DNA of 64,000 nt from Candidatus Dojkabacteria bacterium (GCA_016931155.1 JAFGFJ010000006.1:77115-141114); one strand, 5' to 3'. Shown: positions 1 to 10,826, counted from the stretch's first letter. Numbers and translations: made by a program. The notes: generated by a model not told the origin, from the sequence alone.

Positions 1-76
1 TCTCTTCTTTTGTCATAAGAGCCAGATAGTATTTTCCTTCTTTATTTAAACCAATTATAAATTTATACTTTTCCAT
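1..76 (-). CDS. N-terminus (about 25 aa, MEKYKFIIGLNKEGKYYLALMTKEE...) of a gene of unknown function that runs off the left edge of the window
   Basis: The ATG sits 1 nt after the pcrA stop codon on the minus strand, and the reading frame stays open to position 1. No homology could be assigned from 25 residues. Confidence 0.3.
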   Translation of the reverse strand, partial: MEKYKFIIGLNKEGKYYLALMTKEE

Positions 77-77
77 T

Positions 78-2270
78 TTAAATTTTTTCTAAAACAGCAT
101 ACTCGATAGCAAGCTCTTTTGTCCCGATTGTTCCTGCGAAATCTATTTTGATTATTTCACTGTCAAGAGACAAGACGACTCCTTTTCCAAAAGTTGGATG
201 AAGGACTCTATCTCCCGGTTGAACCTCTATGGCTGGAAGTGGGGCATCTTCAGGAATCTCATTCCAGGAAAAGCCTGAATTCAGAACTTCTTCGTAAGAC
301 TCTCGTTCCACAATTTCAACAGGAATATCTTCCAGAAATCTTGATGCTAAATTATTCTGCCTTGAACCGAAATAAGTACGTGTTTCAGTATGTGTCAAGA
401 ACAACTGTCTCCTGGCACGTGTTATTCCAACATAAGCAAGTCTCCTCTCCTCTTCCATTTCTGTCGGATCCGCATAACTGCGGGAATGAGGAAACAAGCC
501 TTCTTCCATTCCGATTATAAAAACATAATCAAACTCAAGACCTTTTGCGGAGTGGATTGTCATAAGTGTAACTCTCTCCTTTTCAAGGTCTTTATCTATT
601 GACTCTTGTTCAATTAGAGAAATCTCGTCCATAAAAGCTGCTAGACCCTGTTCAGGAGAAAGTGACTGATATTTTGTTGCGACAGAAATTAATTCTTTAA
701 TATTTTCAATCCTTGCTTCGTTCTCGCTGCTACCATCGTCAAGCCACTCGAGATAACCTGTTTTATCTAACACAAATTTGATCAACTCGACCACATTAGT
801 TTTTTGAGATTCGATGAAGAATCCTACAAGCAATTTCCGGAAATTTGATAAAGCTGGGGGAAGATTGTTATCTTCCTTTTTAAATTCTTTTTCAAGGTCT
901 GTACTCTCTTCATAAGGATTGAAATCAAGGAGATGCTCAAAAAGTCCTTTCTGTTTTAAACGAGCTTCATTTTCCAGATCTTTCACAGCCTTTGGTCCAA
1001 CACCTCTTCTCGGGACGTTTACGATTCTTTTAAAGCTTAGATCGTCCTGTGGATTATAGATAATCCGCAGGTAGGCAATGATATCCTTTATTTCTTTTCT
1101 TTCATAAAACCTTACATTTCCGATTATTCTGTAAGGCTGTCCGACTTTTAGTAAAGCCTCTTCCATTACACGTGACTGTGCATTTGTCCTGTACAAAACT
1201 ACGATATTTTCAGCACTTATTTCCTGATTCAATAGTTCACGAATCTTGTCACTAACCCATTCAGATTCAGCTTTTTCATCAAGTCCTTTGTAAATGATTA
1301 TTTTTTCTCCCTCAATGTTTTCAGTCCAGAGTTTTTTCTCTTTTCTGTTTTTATTTTGCGAAATAACCCCATAAGAAGCTTCTAGGATTTTTTTCGTCGA
1401 GCGATAGTTTTGCTCAAGCTTAATTACCTTTGTATTTGGAAAATCCTTTTCAAAATTCAGTATATTTTTAATGGTTGCTCCACGAAACTTGTAAATTGAT
1501 TGATCGTCATCTCCCACAACTGCAATGTTTTGGTATTTCCTGGTAAGAAGAAGTATAAATTTGTATTGAGCATGGTTTGTATCTTGGTACTCATCGACCA
1601 GGACATATTTAAACAATTTCTGATATTTTTGGAGCACTTCGGGTTCTTTTTGTAAAAGCTGAACAGTTTTCATAATCAAGTCATCGAAATCAACTGCATT
1701 GTTTTCTTTTAGGGTTTTTTGATACTCGGGGTATATTTTTGCAACTGTTTCCTGAAAATATCCTTGTGCTACAGTAGAGTATTCTTCAAAGCCAATTAGC
1801 TCGTTTTTAGATGAGGATATGGATGCAAGAATAGCATTCGGAACAAACTCCTTTTTACTGATAAAAAGCCTGTCCATTGCCTCTTTTACTGTGTCGAGCT
1901 GATCTGCCTTATCATAAATTGAAAATTTTGGATCAAGCCCGATAAGATGACCGTCCATTTTTAAAATTTTAAGACAAATTGAATGAAAGGTTCCAATCCA
2001 ATAAAAAGAGAAAGATCCAGATTTTTCAGGTGATTCTGGAAGTTCCTTCAGAAGCTTGAATATTCTCTCCTTCATTTCCCCTGCAGCTTTGTTTGTGAAC
2101 GTAACAGCCAGAATTTGTGATGGGGATGCAAGACCCTTTTCTATAATATTTGCAATCCGGCATGTAAGCACTCGAGTTTTTCCTGATCCTGCACCTGCAA
2201 GAATAAGTAACGAGCCATCAAAATACCCGGTTGCCTCTCTTTGTTGTGGATTGAGATCTGACAGGTTCAT
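78..2270 (-). CDS. pcrA: ATP-dependent DNA helicase of the UvrD/PcrA/Rep (SF1) family
   Basis: Walker A motif GAGSGKTRVLTCRIA. Motif II reads VLVDEYQDTNHAQY and there is a TFHSICLKIL stretch. A PcrA-like C-terminal tail VLHPTFGKGVV is present. The 730 aa length is typical for this family. Confidence 0.85.
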   Translation of the reverse strand: MNLSDLNPQQREATGYFDGSLLILAGAGSGKTRVLTCRIANIIEKGLASPSQILAVTFTNKAAGEMKERIFKLLKELPESPEKSGSFSFYWIGTFHSICLKILKMDGHLIGLDPKFSIYDKADQLDTVKEAMDRLFISKKEFVPNAILASISSSKNELIGFEEYSTVAQGYFQETVAKIYPEYQKTLKENNAVDFDDLIMKTVQLLQKEPEVLQKYQKLFKYVLVDEYQDTNHAQYKFILLLTRKYQNIAVVGDDDQSIYKFRGATIKNILNFEKDFPNTKVIKLEQNYRSTKKILEASYGVISQNKNRKEKKLWTENIEGEKIIIYKGLDEKAESEWVSDKIRELLNQEISAENIVVLYRTNAQSRVMEEALLKVGQPYRIIGNVRFYERKEIKDIIAYLRIIYNPQDDLSFKRIVNVPRRGVGPKAVKDLENEARLKQKGLFEHLLDFNPYEESTDLEKEFKKEDNNLPPALSNFRKLLVGFFIESQKTNVVELIKFVLDKTGYLEWLDDGSSENEARIENIKELISVATKYQSLSPEQGLAAFMDEISLIEQESIDKDLEKERVTLMTIHSAKGLEFDYVFIIGMEEGLFPHSRSYADPTEMEEERRLAYVGITRARRQLFLTHTETRTYFGSRQNNLASRFLEDIPVEIVERESYEEVLNSGFSWNEIPEDAPLPAIEVQPGDRVLHPTFGKGVVLSLDSEIIKIDFAGTIGTKELAIEYAVLEKI

Positions 2271-2393
2271 AAAGAAATGATTCGGTAGAGTTTACTATAA
2301 AAAGCTGGCTCATCCTAGTTGATGAGTCATTTATTCGATAATTGGTTAATGTAAACTATTCACTTGCGTTGAAATTTTGCTAAACTTGTAACT

Positions 2394-4175
2394 ATGAAAA
2401 TCTTGAAAAAAATTGCGAGAATTTTTTCTTCAGTCTGTTTTATTTTTGTTCTTCTTCCGATCCAGGAGGCAGATGCTTCAGGGGTTTTTAATATCACAGT
2501 AGATAGGACTTACGAAGTCGACACCTCAGGTCATATGCAGGTCACGGAGACAAGAACAATAAAAAATAATACTCCAAATTTTTATATTCAGGCTGGAAGC
2601 TTTGAAACATTTCAAATACTTTCATTCAGAATAGGAGCGGCTGAAGGACCTGCTCTCCTTTCTAAATCAGTTTCAACTGCAAAAATAACTGATGGAAGTG
2701 GAAGATCTCTTTTATTCAGTCATGTTTCAGGAAAAGATAAGGTTGATCTTAAAGTTGAATACCCGATAAATCTAAGCTCGGGACAAACAATGGTCTTTAA
2801 GCTTCAATATACAAACTACGAACTTTCAGAAAAAATTGGAGCTCTTTACGATGTGTACATACATGGTTTTGACGAGTCATTTAAGTTTATCACTGAAGAC
2901 TCAGTTTTGAAGTACAATACAACTCTTATTGTTCCTGATTCTTTCGGTGAGGAAAATTTCGTATCTCCTGCTCCAATCTCAAAGGAAAACAAAAATGGAA
3001 AGATATTATACAAATTCTCGCAGGAATCGCTTGTTGATCAATTCGTATGGCTTCAGCTCGGGAAAAAACAATTTTACAGGTTTAAAATTGTGCAGGAGGT
3101 AAAAGCCACTGACCAGAGGGATACGGGCTTTTATAATGAATACAGGTTGGTTCTTCCGAGAGATATCGATGAAGCAGAGATTGAACAAAAGGTTTATTAT
3201 TCCTCCATCAACCCTTCACCAAATTATATTGAAACTGATAAGGAAGGAAATCTGGTCGGTACTTTTGAATTCCCGACAAATTTTGCTGGAGTAATTTCGC
3301 TTGATGGATATGCTGAGGTGAGTGTAGCAGGAAGTATTAGTGAAAGTGAAGCTGGGAATATTAGTGATATTTCTGGAGACCTATCTGATTATCTCAAGCC
3401 TGGAAAATACTGGGAAGTGGATGACAGTGAAATTCGAGCAAAAGCGATAGAGCTTAAGGGGTCTGAAGAAAATGTTTATAGAATTGTTGAGAAAACTTAC
3501 AGCTATATTGTAAATACAATTGACTATAGCGATGTAAAAAGATTCGGGCTAAACAAGAGACAGGGAGCAAAGAAGACGCTCGAAGGGGGAGCTGCAGTCT
3601 GCATGGAATACTCGGATTTATTTTTAACTCTTACTCGTGCTCAGGGGATTCCTGCAAGAGCTGCGTTTGGTTATGGTTATGATTCTCGTGTTCCAAGTAC
3701 CGAACAGGAATCACATCAGTGGGTGGAGGTATATATGCCGGGGGTAAATAAATGGGTGAGTGTAGAGGTAACATGGGGTGAGAGTGGGACGACACTTATT
3801 GGTGGGGATATGAACCATTTCTACACGCATTTGGCTGGCGAACATCCCGAAAAACCAAATCCGGTAGAGCTTACCAGCTTTGGTAGTGTGAAGGATTTGA
3901 CTTCTCCAGAGTTTGAAATAAGCGTTATGGAAAGTCGACCGGAAGGTGATTATCAGGAAGTGGAAGATCTTTTAAGGGAGTATCCTCATAAAAAGACATG
4001 GGTCAATCTTCAAGACCTGACAAAGAGAGTTGCAACTTTTGGAGGGAAAATTATTAATGAAATAGGAGTAGGAAATTCATTTCTGATCCTTGGCTCTTGC
4101 ATGACCTTAATAATTATCGCATGTATTGTAAATGCAATATCAAAATATATGCGCGCAAAAAAAAGAGAGATATAA
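2394..4175 (+). CDS. Secreted and membrane-anchored transglutaminase-like cysteine protease domain protein
   Basis: N-terminal signal/TM sequence (IFSSVCFIFVLLPIQEADA). Transglutaminase-core motif GGAAVCMEYSDLFLTLTRAQGIPARAAFGYGY...HQWVEVY is present. There is a C-terminal TM helix followed by a basic tail. Confidence 0.65.
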   Translation: MKILKKIARIFSSVCFIFVLLPIQEADASGVFNITVDRTYEVDTSGHMQVTETRTIKNNTPNFYIQAGSFETFQILSFRIGAAEGPALLSKSVSTAKITDGSGRSLLFSHVSGKDKVDLKVEYPINLSSGQTMVFKLQYTNYELSEKIGALYDVYIHGFDESFKFITEDSVLKYNTTLIVPDSFGEENFVSPAPISKENKNGKILYKFSQESLVDQFVWLQLGKKQFYRFKIVQEVKATDQRDTGFYNEYRLVLPRDIDEAEIEQKVYYSSINPSPNYIETDKEGNLVGTFEFPTNFAGVISLDGYAEVSVAGSISESEAGNISDISGDLSDYLKPGKYWEVDDSEIRAKAIELKGSEENVYRIVEKTYSYIVNTIDYSDVKRFGLNKRQGAKKTLEGGAAVCMEYSDLFLTLTRAQGIPARAAFGYGYDSRVPSTEQESHQWVEVYMPGVNKWVSVEVTWGESGTTLIGGDMNHFYTHLAGEHPEKPNPVELTSFGSVKDLTSPEFEISVMESRPEGDYQEVEDLLREYPHKKTWVNLQDLTKRVATFGGKIINEIGVGNSFLILGSCMTLIIIACIVNAISKYMRAKKREI

Positions 4176-4205
4176 ACCCGTAAAAGCTATACTGACATAT
4201 TTCAC

Positions 4206-5942
4206 TTACATCTTTTCTACTGTTTTAATTCCGAGAAGATAAAGCCCATTTTTTATTACCTGGGCTGTGGCTGACACGAGTGCAAGTCTTGCGTCTCTGT
4301 CTTTCTTATCAGCTTTGAGAACCTTGTGCTTTTTGTAAAAGATGTTGAACTTTTGTGCGAGATTGAAAAGGTACTCCGCAATAATGTGAGGGGAATATTT
4401 TGATGTTGCGCTTTCTACTTCTTCAGGAAATTTTGAGATCTGTTTGAGAAGAGTAAGCTCTTCCTGTGAATTTAAAACTTCTCTTAAGAATAAACTATAT
4501 CCCGATATATCTGTCGCCTTGCCTCCAGCTTCCCTTAAAATACTTTTTGCTCTTGCGTAAGTGTATTGGATGTAAGGACCGGAATCACCTTCAAAACTAA
4601 GACTGGATTCTAGATCAAATGCCAGGTATTTAAATGGACTAATTCTTAAGAACGAATATTTAATTGCTCCAACAGCAATAATCTCGATGTCTTTATTGGA
4701 GATTATTGGATTTTTCCTGGCTTTTACTATTTTCTCTATTCGTTTCTGAGCACTATTCAGTATGTCATTACCCAGCACTACTTCTCCTTTTCTTGATGAC
4801 ATTTTTCCAGACTTAAGACCGACAAATTCGTATGCATTGTGGTATTGTTTGTCCTTAAAAAGCTCTGGATTCAGCAACTCTTCTACCTTAAATGTAACTT
4901 TGAAAAAACTGATTTGTTCAACTGCTACGTTATGAATACAAAGATCAATCTTTCCAAAGTCAGTAAATTCTTTGTAAGCAAGCCCAAGCTCTTTCCCTTC
5001 GTATGTCGGCAGTCCCTCGCTGTTTAAAAAAACTCTGGTATCCAATCCATACTTCTCTCCTTCAAAGACCACTGCACCCTCGCTTTTCTTGAGGATACCT
5101 TTTTTAAGAGCCTCATCAATGTGTTTCAAACACGATTTCATTACTTCACTTTCCATGTATTGCCTTTCAAAGGTTGTGTCTACCCGGTCGTATATTTCCT
5201 GGAACTTGTCCAGGCTCCACTTTTTCCCCAACTCCCACAACTTGTTTATCTCTTTATCCTCGCCAGAATATATTTTTTTATTAACCTCTTTTATTTCATT
5301 TTCTATTTTTTTATTTTCTTCAAACTTCCTTGCTCCCTCCGAATAACATTTGCCTAGAAGCGCAACTTTTTCATCGTTCGTTTTTGGGTAATCTTTGGAG
5401 TCAACTTTTCTGAAAGCCCAAAGACACTTTGCGATATGCATGCCAACATCTCCCTGATAATTTGTTCTTATAACTTCAGCACTCTCTGCTTCCAGTAGTC
5501 TTACGATCGATTCTCCGAGAATAATATTTCGGAGATGCCCAATATGAAAAGCTTTAAAAGGGTTTGGTTGGGCGAACTCGACCATTATCTTCTTGCCTTT
5601 CAGGTTTGAGTTTTCTCCGTATTTATCTCCCTTTGTAAAAACGACTGAAAGCACATTCTTGTAAACATCCGGTGCAATTTTAAAATTAATGAATCCTGGA
5701 TCTGCTACTTGCGAACTACTGATGAGATCATTTTTTCCAATCCCCCCTATAATCTCTTTAGCTATTTTTTTTGGATCCTTTTTCAGTTTTCTGGATAGTA
5801 CAAGAGCAACGTTTGTTGCAATGTCGCCCATGGTTTCGTCCTGGGTGTGCTCGAGATGAATATCAGAAGGCTCAATCTTATGCCCGAGAGATTTTTTTAA
5901 GGAATCTGAGATTGTTTTTTGTAAATTCTCTTTTATCTCCAT
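4206..5942 (-). CDS. argS: Arginine--tRNA ligase
   Basis: Class I HIGH motif (FHIGHLRN) and a KMSKS-like MSSRKG motif. The 578 aa length and domain order fit ArgS. Confidence 0.8.
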   Translation of the reverse strand: MEIKENLQKTISDSLKKSLGHKIEPSDIHLEHTQDETMGDIATNVALVLSRKLKKDPKKIAKEIIGGIGKNDLISSSQVADPGFINFKIAPDVYKNVLSVVFTKGDKYGENSNLKGKKIMVEFAQPNPFKAFHIGHLRNIILGESIVRLLEAESAEVIRTNYQGDVGMHIAKCLWAFRKVDSKDYPKTNDEKVALLGKCYSEGARKFEENKKIENEIKEVNKKIYSGEDKEINKLWELGKKWSLDKFQEIYDRVDTTFERQYMESEVMKSCLKHIDEALKKGILKKSEGAVVFEGEKYGLDTRVFLNSEGLPTYEGKELGLAYKEFTDFGKIDLCIHNVAVEQISFFKVTFKVEELLNPELFKDKQYHNAYEFVGLKSGKMSSRKGEVVLGNDILNSAQKRIEKIVKARKNPIISNKDIEIIAVGAIKYSFLRISPFKYLAFDLESSLSFEGDSGPYIQYTYARAKSILREAGGKATDISGYSLFLREVLNSQEELTLLKQISKFPEEVESATSKYSPHIIAEYLFNLAQKFNIFYKKHKVLKADKKDRDARLALVSATAQVIKNGLYLLGIKTVEKM

Positions 5943-6058
5943 TACAAGGGATTTTAACAGTAAGGAGCAAATATATTAAGTGGTTGACATGTAGTGTAGA
6001 TATTTGTCCACGCTTTCGGTAACATTTTCATTTATCTAACACACATATACAACATATA

Positions 6059-6087
6059 TTGTGCTGCACAAAGAGTCCTGATATAAT
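6059..6087 (+). promoter_or_regulatory. Sigma70-type promoter TTGTGC-N17-TGaTATAAT (extended -10) upstream of the 6144 gene
   Basis: Read directly: a -35-like ttgtgc at 6059-6064, a 17-nt spacer, then tataat at 6082-6087 preceded by a tg dinucleotide. Confidence 0.45.
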
Positions 6088-6143
6088 CGCTGTATCAGTT
6101 GACTATCAATTGAGAGGTTATTTTAATTTTTATTATTTTACTA

Positions 6144-6641
6144 ATGCCGGAAGAACCATATACACATCCAGAGGGAGAATTAAACAAGTATACTGCCTTT
6201 GAAGTTGAAACTTTTGAATACGAAGGTTATCCACTTGATTCAGTTATAGTCGTTAGTTTCGGGAACATTCGCCGAGATAAGAATCCCAACATAGCAGAAC
6301 AATTAAAACAGTTACATCGAGAAATTATAGAGGATCGGGAATATAGAAACAGGTTTACTCATTTAATATTTGATCTTTCAGGTCTAAGATTTCGTCATAT
6401 ACAAGGTGAAGTTGATATGTACGCTGCATTTGATCCAATAGATACTATAGCGAAAAGTCTTCTAGGTGGCAAAGTTTTCTTTACTGAACCGGAGAGCACT
6501 ATAGCTAAAATTGGAGTTAATATGTTTTGTAGTGGGTCTGTTTTTAACCGCCCATGGCTAAGAATTGAAAAAGCAAAAAGTGTCGAGGAGGCTCTGGGTG
6601 AGATTGAGAAACGCATACAATATGCTTGGGGAGAAAAATAG
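6144..6641 (+). CDS. Hypothetical cytoplasmic protein (165 aa), stand-alone transcription unit
   Basis: Long ORF flanked by a 200-nt AT-rich leader with a promoter-like element and by a perfect terminator hairpin. No recognisable motif. Confidence 0.5.
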   Translation: MPEEPYTHPEGELNKYTAFEVETFEYEGYPLDSVIVVSFGNIRRDKNPNIAEQLKQLHREIIEDREYRNRFTHLIFDLSGLRFRHIQGEVDMYAAFDPIDTIAKSLLGGKVFFTEPESTIAKIGVNMFCSGSVFNRPWLRIEKAKSVEEALGEIEKRIQYAWGEK

Positions 6642-6662
6642 CAGGTATGATATAAACTAATC

Positions 6663-6697
6663 GACCCTACGGGCGTAGCCCGTAGGGTCTTGTTTGT
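6663..6697 (+). terminator. Rho-independent terminator: 12-bp perfect stem gaccctacgggc / gcccgtagggtc, 3-nt loop, then ttgtttgtg
   Basis: A perfect inverted repeat at 6663-6689 is followed by a T-rich tract immediately after the 6144-6641 gene. Confidence 0.8.
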
Positions 6698-6772
6698 GAG
6701 GAGTTCAAAAGGTGAAGTGTTACTCTAATTGGGTGCGGTGTTTGGTATATGTTATTAGTGCTACAATTCAGT

Positions 6773-8539
6773 ATGGCAGAGCGCAGTCAAATTGATGAAA
6801 TAAAAGAGAAGCTGAATATTGTTGATGTAATTCAGGCATATATTCCAAACCTGAAAAAATCAGGTAGTAACTTCTTCACTCTTTGTCCCTTTCACAACGA
6901 GAAGACTCCTTCATTTTCTATTAATCCTGATCTTGGTATTTATAAATGCTTTGGTTGTGGAGAAGCGGGCGACGTTATTACTTTTATTGAAAAAATTGAA
7001 GGAGTGGATTTTCCGGAGGCGGTCGAAATTGCTGCTGAGAAAGCGGGAATAAGAATAAAAAAAGTTTTTAGCAAAGCAGATAAAGAAAAACAAGGAATTA
7101 GAAAAAGAATAATTGAAGCAAACGAACTTTCTGTAAGATTCTTTGGTCATGCTCTTCTCAAACATAGAGCAGGAAAAAAAGCACGAGAATACGTAAAGGC
7201 AAGAAAGATTGAAACAAGAGAGATAGAAAACTTTCGCATTGGGTATGCTCCGGAATCATTCAACTCTCTTATGGATTTTCTTTTAAAGAAAAAATTCAGT
7301 GAAAAAGAACTGGTTTCATTTGGATTACTTGTAAGTAAAAATGGGAGAATTTATGACAAATTCCGTGGAAGACTTATGTTTCCGATATTTAACACAAAGG
7401 GTGAAGTAGCAGGCTTTAGTGGAAGGATTATTGACAAAGATGCCCTGGGCCCAAAATATTTGAATTCTCCTGAAACAATCATGTTTAACAAGTCTTCTCT
7501 TGTCTATGGTCTTTTTCAATCGAGAGAGGCGATCAGGAAAGAAAATTTTGTAATAATATCAGAAGGACAGATTGATGTTCTTTCTTCTCACAAAGAAGGT
7601 GTGGGAAACATTGTTGCTCCTCTTGGAACTTCACTCACAGAAATTCAACTTAAGGCTCTGAAGAGATATTGTGACTCAATTTATTTTTCATTCGACACAG
7701 ATCTCGCAGGAGAAAAGGCTTTACTGAGAAGTGTTGAAGTTGCTCAAAAAACAGGTTTTGAAGTCAAGGCAATAAACCTTGGAAAGTTTACCGACGCTGA
7801 TGAGCTTATCCGGCAATACCCCGGGCAGTGGCCGATAGTTGTTCAAAAGGCAGAACCAGTGATTGAACATATGGTGCGAAGACTAAGTAAAAGAATTAAT
7901 CTGGGTGAAGCAAAAGGAAAGGCAGAATTTGCGAAGATTATTCTTCCAATGATTGATAGTCTTACAGACAGGATTCAGCAGTCTCATTACATCAAAAAAA
8001 TATCGGTTATAATTGATACTGATGAAGAAGTCCTCAGAGAAGAGCTTGACAGGTTTAGGGTCAAAACTGAAAAAAAGGAAAGGGAGGAAGAGCAGGAAGG
8101 AGCGATTTTTTTAAAGAGATCAGAATCGCTTTCAAGAGAAGAATACCTGGCAGCACTTGTTCTTCAGAATGCAGATTATTTTAAAGAGCTCAATAATAAC
8201 CTTACAGACATTAATGAGATAATAAAAAACACAAATATAGTCAACATTCTGACACTTTTTAGAGAGGCAAAAAACCTAAAAATACTTTCTAACAAACTCG
8301 GGAAGAATGAAAAGAGCTTATTTGAAAAGTTGATTCTGATGCCCATTTCTATATTTAATGATGAGGATGAGATAAAAAATGAATTTGCTGGCATTGTAAA
8401 AAACTTGAGAATGATTCATATCAGGGAGGAAATAAATGCGATCAAGAAAAAAATCAATGAAATTGATGCAAAGGGAGAAGATACGGAAAATCTCGTTAGA
8501 GAGCTTGATGCTCTAAGCAAGAAGTTAAAATCGTGCTAA
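6773..8539 (+). CDS. dnaG: DNA primase
   Basis: CHC2 zinc-ribbon CPFHNEKTPSFSI...YKCFGCGEAGDVITF. TOPRIM region ISEGQIDVLS...FDTDLAGEKA. The ORF track begins at 6749; the M at 6773 (MAERSQIDEIKEKLNIVDVI) matches typical primase N-termini. Confidence 0.88.
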   Translation: MAERSQIDEIKEKLNIVDVIQAYIPNLKKSGSNFFTLCPFHNEKTPSFSINPDLGIYKCFGCGEAGDVITFIEKIEGVDFPEAVEIAAEKAGIRIKKVFSKADKEKQGIRKRIIEANELSVRFFGHALLKHRAGKKAREYVKARKIETREIENFRIGYAPESFNSLMDFLLKKKFSEKELVSFGLLVSKNGRIYDKFRGRLMFPIFNTKGEVAGFSGRIIDKDALGPKYLNSPETIMFNKSSLVYGLFQSREAIRKENFVIISEGQIDVLSSHKEGVGNIVAPLGTSLTEIQLKALKRYCDSIYFSFDTDLAGEKALLRSVEVAQKTGFEVKAINLGKFTDADELIRQYPGQWPIVVQKAEPVIEHMVRRLSKRINLGEAKGKAEFAKIILPMIDSLTDRIQQSHYIKKISVIIDTDEEVLREELDRFRVKTEKKEREEEQEGAIFLKRSESLSREEYLAALVLQNADYFKELNNNLTDINEIIKNTNIVNILTLFREAKNLKILSNKLGKNEKSLFEKLILMPISIFNDEDEIKNEFAGIVKNLRMIHIREEINAIKKKINEIDAKGEDTENLVRELDALSKKLKSC

Positions 8540-8550
8540 TATAGTTTGCC

Positions 8551-10806
8551 ATGGCAAGACGAGGGAGAAAACGTACAAAAACTATTACTTATCAGAGCGA
8601 GGAAACGAAGTCTCTTGCAGGTCTTTTATGCTTGATTTTGGCGTCACTATTTTTCTTGAGCTATTTTGTTGAGGCTCCTGCATTTGAATTGATCGGAAAA
8701 CTTTTTGGGCAGATAACTTTTCTGGCAGGAATATTTCTAATAAATCTGGGGCTGTATTTTCTCTGTGTAGACTGGGCGATGGCAAAAAAATCTTCTCTCT
8801 TTGGACAGATTATTCTTCTCTTTTCTCTGGCCATACTTCTACATACGACTTTTACTTCAAAAAGAGATGCTCTTGATCTTGCGGAGAAGGGAGGTTTGGG
8901 AGGACTTGTTGGTTATACACTTGCATGGAAATTTTTTATTGAGTATTTTACCCGGTCAGTAACGATAGTACTTATGGCAGTAATAGTATTGATTTCTACT
9001 CTTTTTACTCTGACTATTTCAATAAAAAGATTTATTGATCATATCGGAAAGGGATTTAAATGGATGAGTGGAGGGCTTTACTTGAAAAAAGAGAATACAA
9101 AGGGAATCAAGCCGGATGCTACAGGTAACGTTATTCAGCCTTCTGAGCCAGCGAAAATGTTTGGCGATTTTGGAGCAGGTAAAATGTTGTCAGCGGAGGA
9201 GAATAAGAGTGAGAATATGAAACTTGAGAATAACCCTGATTTTGTCAGGGGGGAAATAAGTCATGAGCACAAAAAGGAGGATGGAATGACTCAGCCAAAA
9301 GTTGAAATAAAGGAAGACAAAAAAGAAGGGGCTTTTGTGAACGAGGAACTTCAGTATCCTGAGTGGAAGCTGCCACCTATTGCTTTGTTGAATCCTCCTG
9401 TTAATAAAAAAATTTCACAGGACAACATTAAGCAGAATGCAGATATCATAGAGCAGACGCTTCAAAGCTTCGGCGTAAAAGCCCAGGTAGTTGATGTTTT
9501 GATAGGTCCAACAGTTACTCAATATGCCTTAAATATTGCACTTGGCACAAAGGTATCAAAAATAGCAAATCTAAAAAACGACCTGGCTCTTGCTCTTGCG
9601 ACAAGCTCAAATGCAATAAGAATAGAAGCTCCAATTACTGGTACTTCTTATGTCGGGATTGAAGTTCCAAATTCAGAAAGAGAAACTATTGTGGTAAAAC
9701 AACTCGTTGAATCTCCTGATTTCCAGGACGGAAAAAATAATCTTGGTGTTGTGATCGGGAAAAATGTAAGTGGGAAAAATATAACGACGGATCTTCAGAA
9801 AATGCCGCACTTGCTCATTGCCGGGGCTACTGGATCCGGAAAATCCGTACTTACAAACACGTTTATAATAAGTCTTTTGATGACCAAAACTCCTGATGAA
9901 GTCAGATTTATAATGGTCGACCCTAAACAGGTGGAGCTTTCTGATTACAATGGTATCCCCCACCTTTTGACTCCGGTAATTACGGAAATGGAAAAAGTAA
10001 AACACTCACTTATCTGGGCAATTGCAGAAATGGAAAAACGCTACACTATTTTTTCCGAGGCCAAAGTTAGAAATATTGAGGGATACAATCAGATGATGGG
10101 ATTTGCGGCTCTTCCCTACATTATTATTGTAATAGATGAAATGGCAGATATGATGTTAACAGGTGGAGCTGAGGTGGAAACTGCAATTGTAAGACTCGCA
10201 CAAAAAGCCAGGGCTACAGGAATACATTTGCTTCTTGCTACACAAAGACCATCTGTTGATGTTCTTACCGGTCTTATTAAAGCAAACATACCAGGAAGAA
10301 TCGGAATGAGTGTGGCGACCCAGATTGACTCAAGAGTAATTCTAGATCAGATTGGAGCTGAATCGCTTCTTGGGCGTGGAGACTTGCTGTTCAAGGAACC
10401 GGATAAGAACAAACCTTACAGGGTGCAGGCTGTATGGCTGTCCCAGGAAGAAGTGCATAGGGTTGTTAAATTCATCAAGGATCAGGTTCCTGAAGTACAC
10501 TACACAAGTGAGGTTGTGCAGAAAGCAAAAGATCCGAATGCTCCTGAAAGTGCTGATCTTGCAATGACAATCTCCGATGACGAGTTGTTTATCGAAGCAG
10601 CAAAGATTGTTATTTCCTCTCAAAAGGGGTCTGCCTCGCTAATTCAGAGGAAATTAAGTGTTGGCTATAACAGGGCGGCAAGGCTGTTGGATGAGCTTGA
10701 AGAAAAGGGGATTGTTGGGGCTCAAAGAGGGAGTAAACCTAGAGAGGTTTTGGTAAAGGATCTGGATAGTTTTGTGAGGCAGTTCGAAAGTAAACCGGCA
10801 AGTTGA
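8551..10806 (+). CDS. ftsK: DNA translocase FtsK/SpoIIIE
   Basis: N-terminal TM segments. Walker A motif LLIAGATGSGKSV, Walker B motif IIVIDEMADM, and LLLATQRPSVDV. C-terminal gamma wHTH domain (SASLIQRKLSVGYNRAARLLDELEEKGIVG). Confidence 0.9.
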   Translation: MARRGRKRTKTITYQSEETKSLAGLLCLILASLFFLSYFVEAPAFELIGKLFGQITFLAGIFLINLGLYFLCVDWAMAKKSSLFGQIILLFSLAILLHTTFTSKRDALDLAEKGGLGGLVGYTLAWKFFIEYFTRSVTIVLMAVIVLISTLFTLTISIKRFIDHIGKGFKWMSGGLYLKKENTKGIKPDATGNVIQPSEPAKMFGDFGAGKMLSAEENKSENMKLENNPDFVRGEISHEHKKEDGMTQPKVEIKEDKKEGAFVNEELQYPEWKLPPIALLNPPVNKKISQDNIKQNADIIEQTLQSFGVKAQVVDVLIGPTVTQYALNIALGTKVSKIANLKNDLALALATSSNAIRIEAPITGTSYVGIEVPNSERETIVVKQLVESPDFQDGKNNLGVVIGKNVSGKNITTDLQKMPHLLIAGATGSGKSVLTNTFIISLLMTKTPDEVRFIMVDPKQVELSDYNGIPHLLTPVITEMEKVKHSLIWAIAEMEKRYTIFSEAKVRNIEGYNQMMGFAALPYIIIVIDEMADMMLTGGAEVETAIVRLAQKARATGIHLLLATQRPSVDVLTGLIKANIPGRIGMSVATQIDSRVILDQIGAESLLGRGDLLFKEPDKNKPYRVQAVWLSQEEVHRVVKFIKDQVPEVHYTSEVVQKAKDPNAPESADLAMTISDDELFIEAAKIVISSQKGSASLIQRKLSVGYNRAARLLDELEEKGIVGAQRGSKPREVLVKDLDSFVRQFESKPAS

Positions 10807-10826
10807 TCTGCATTCAAGTTTTCTCT

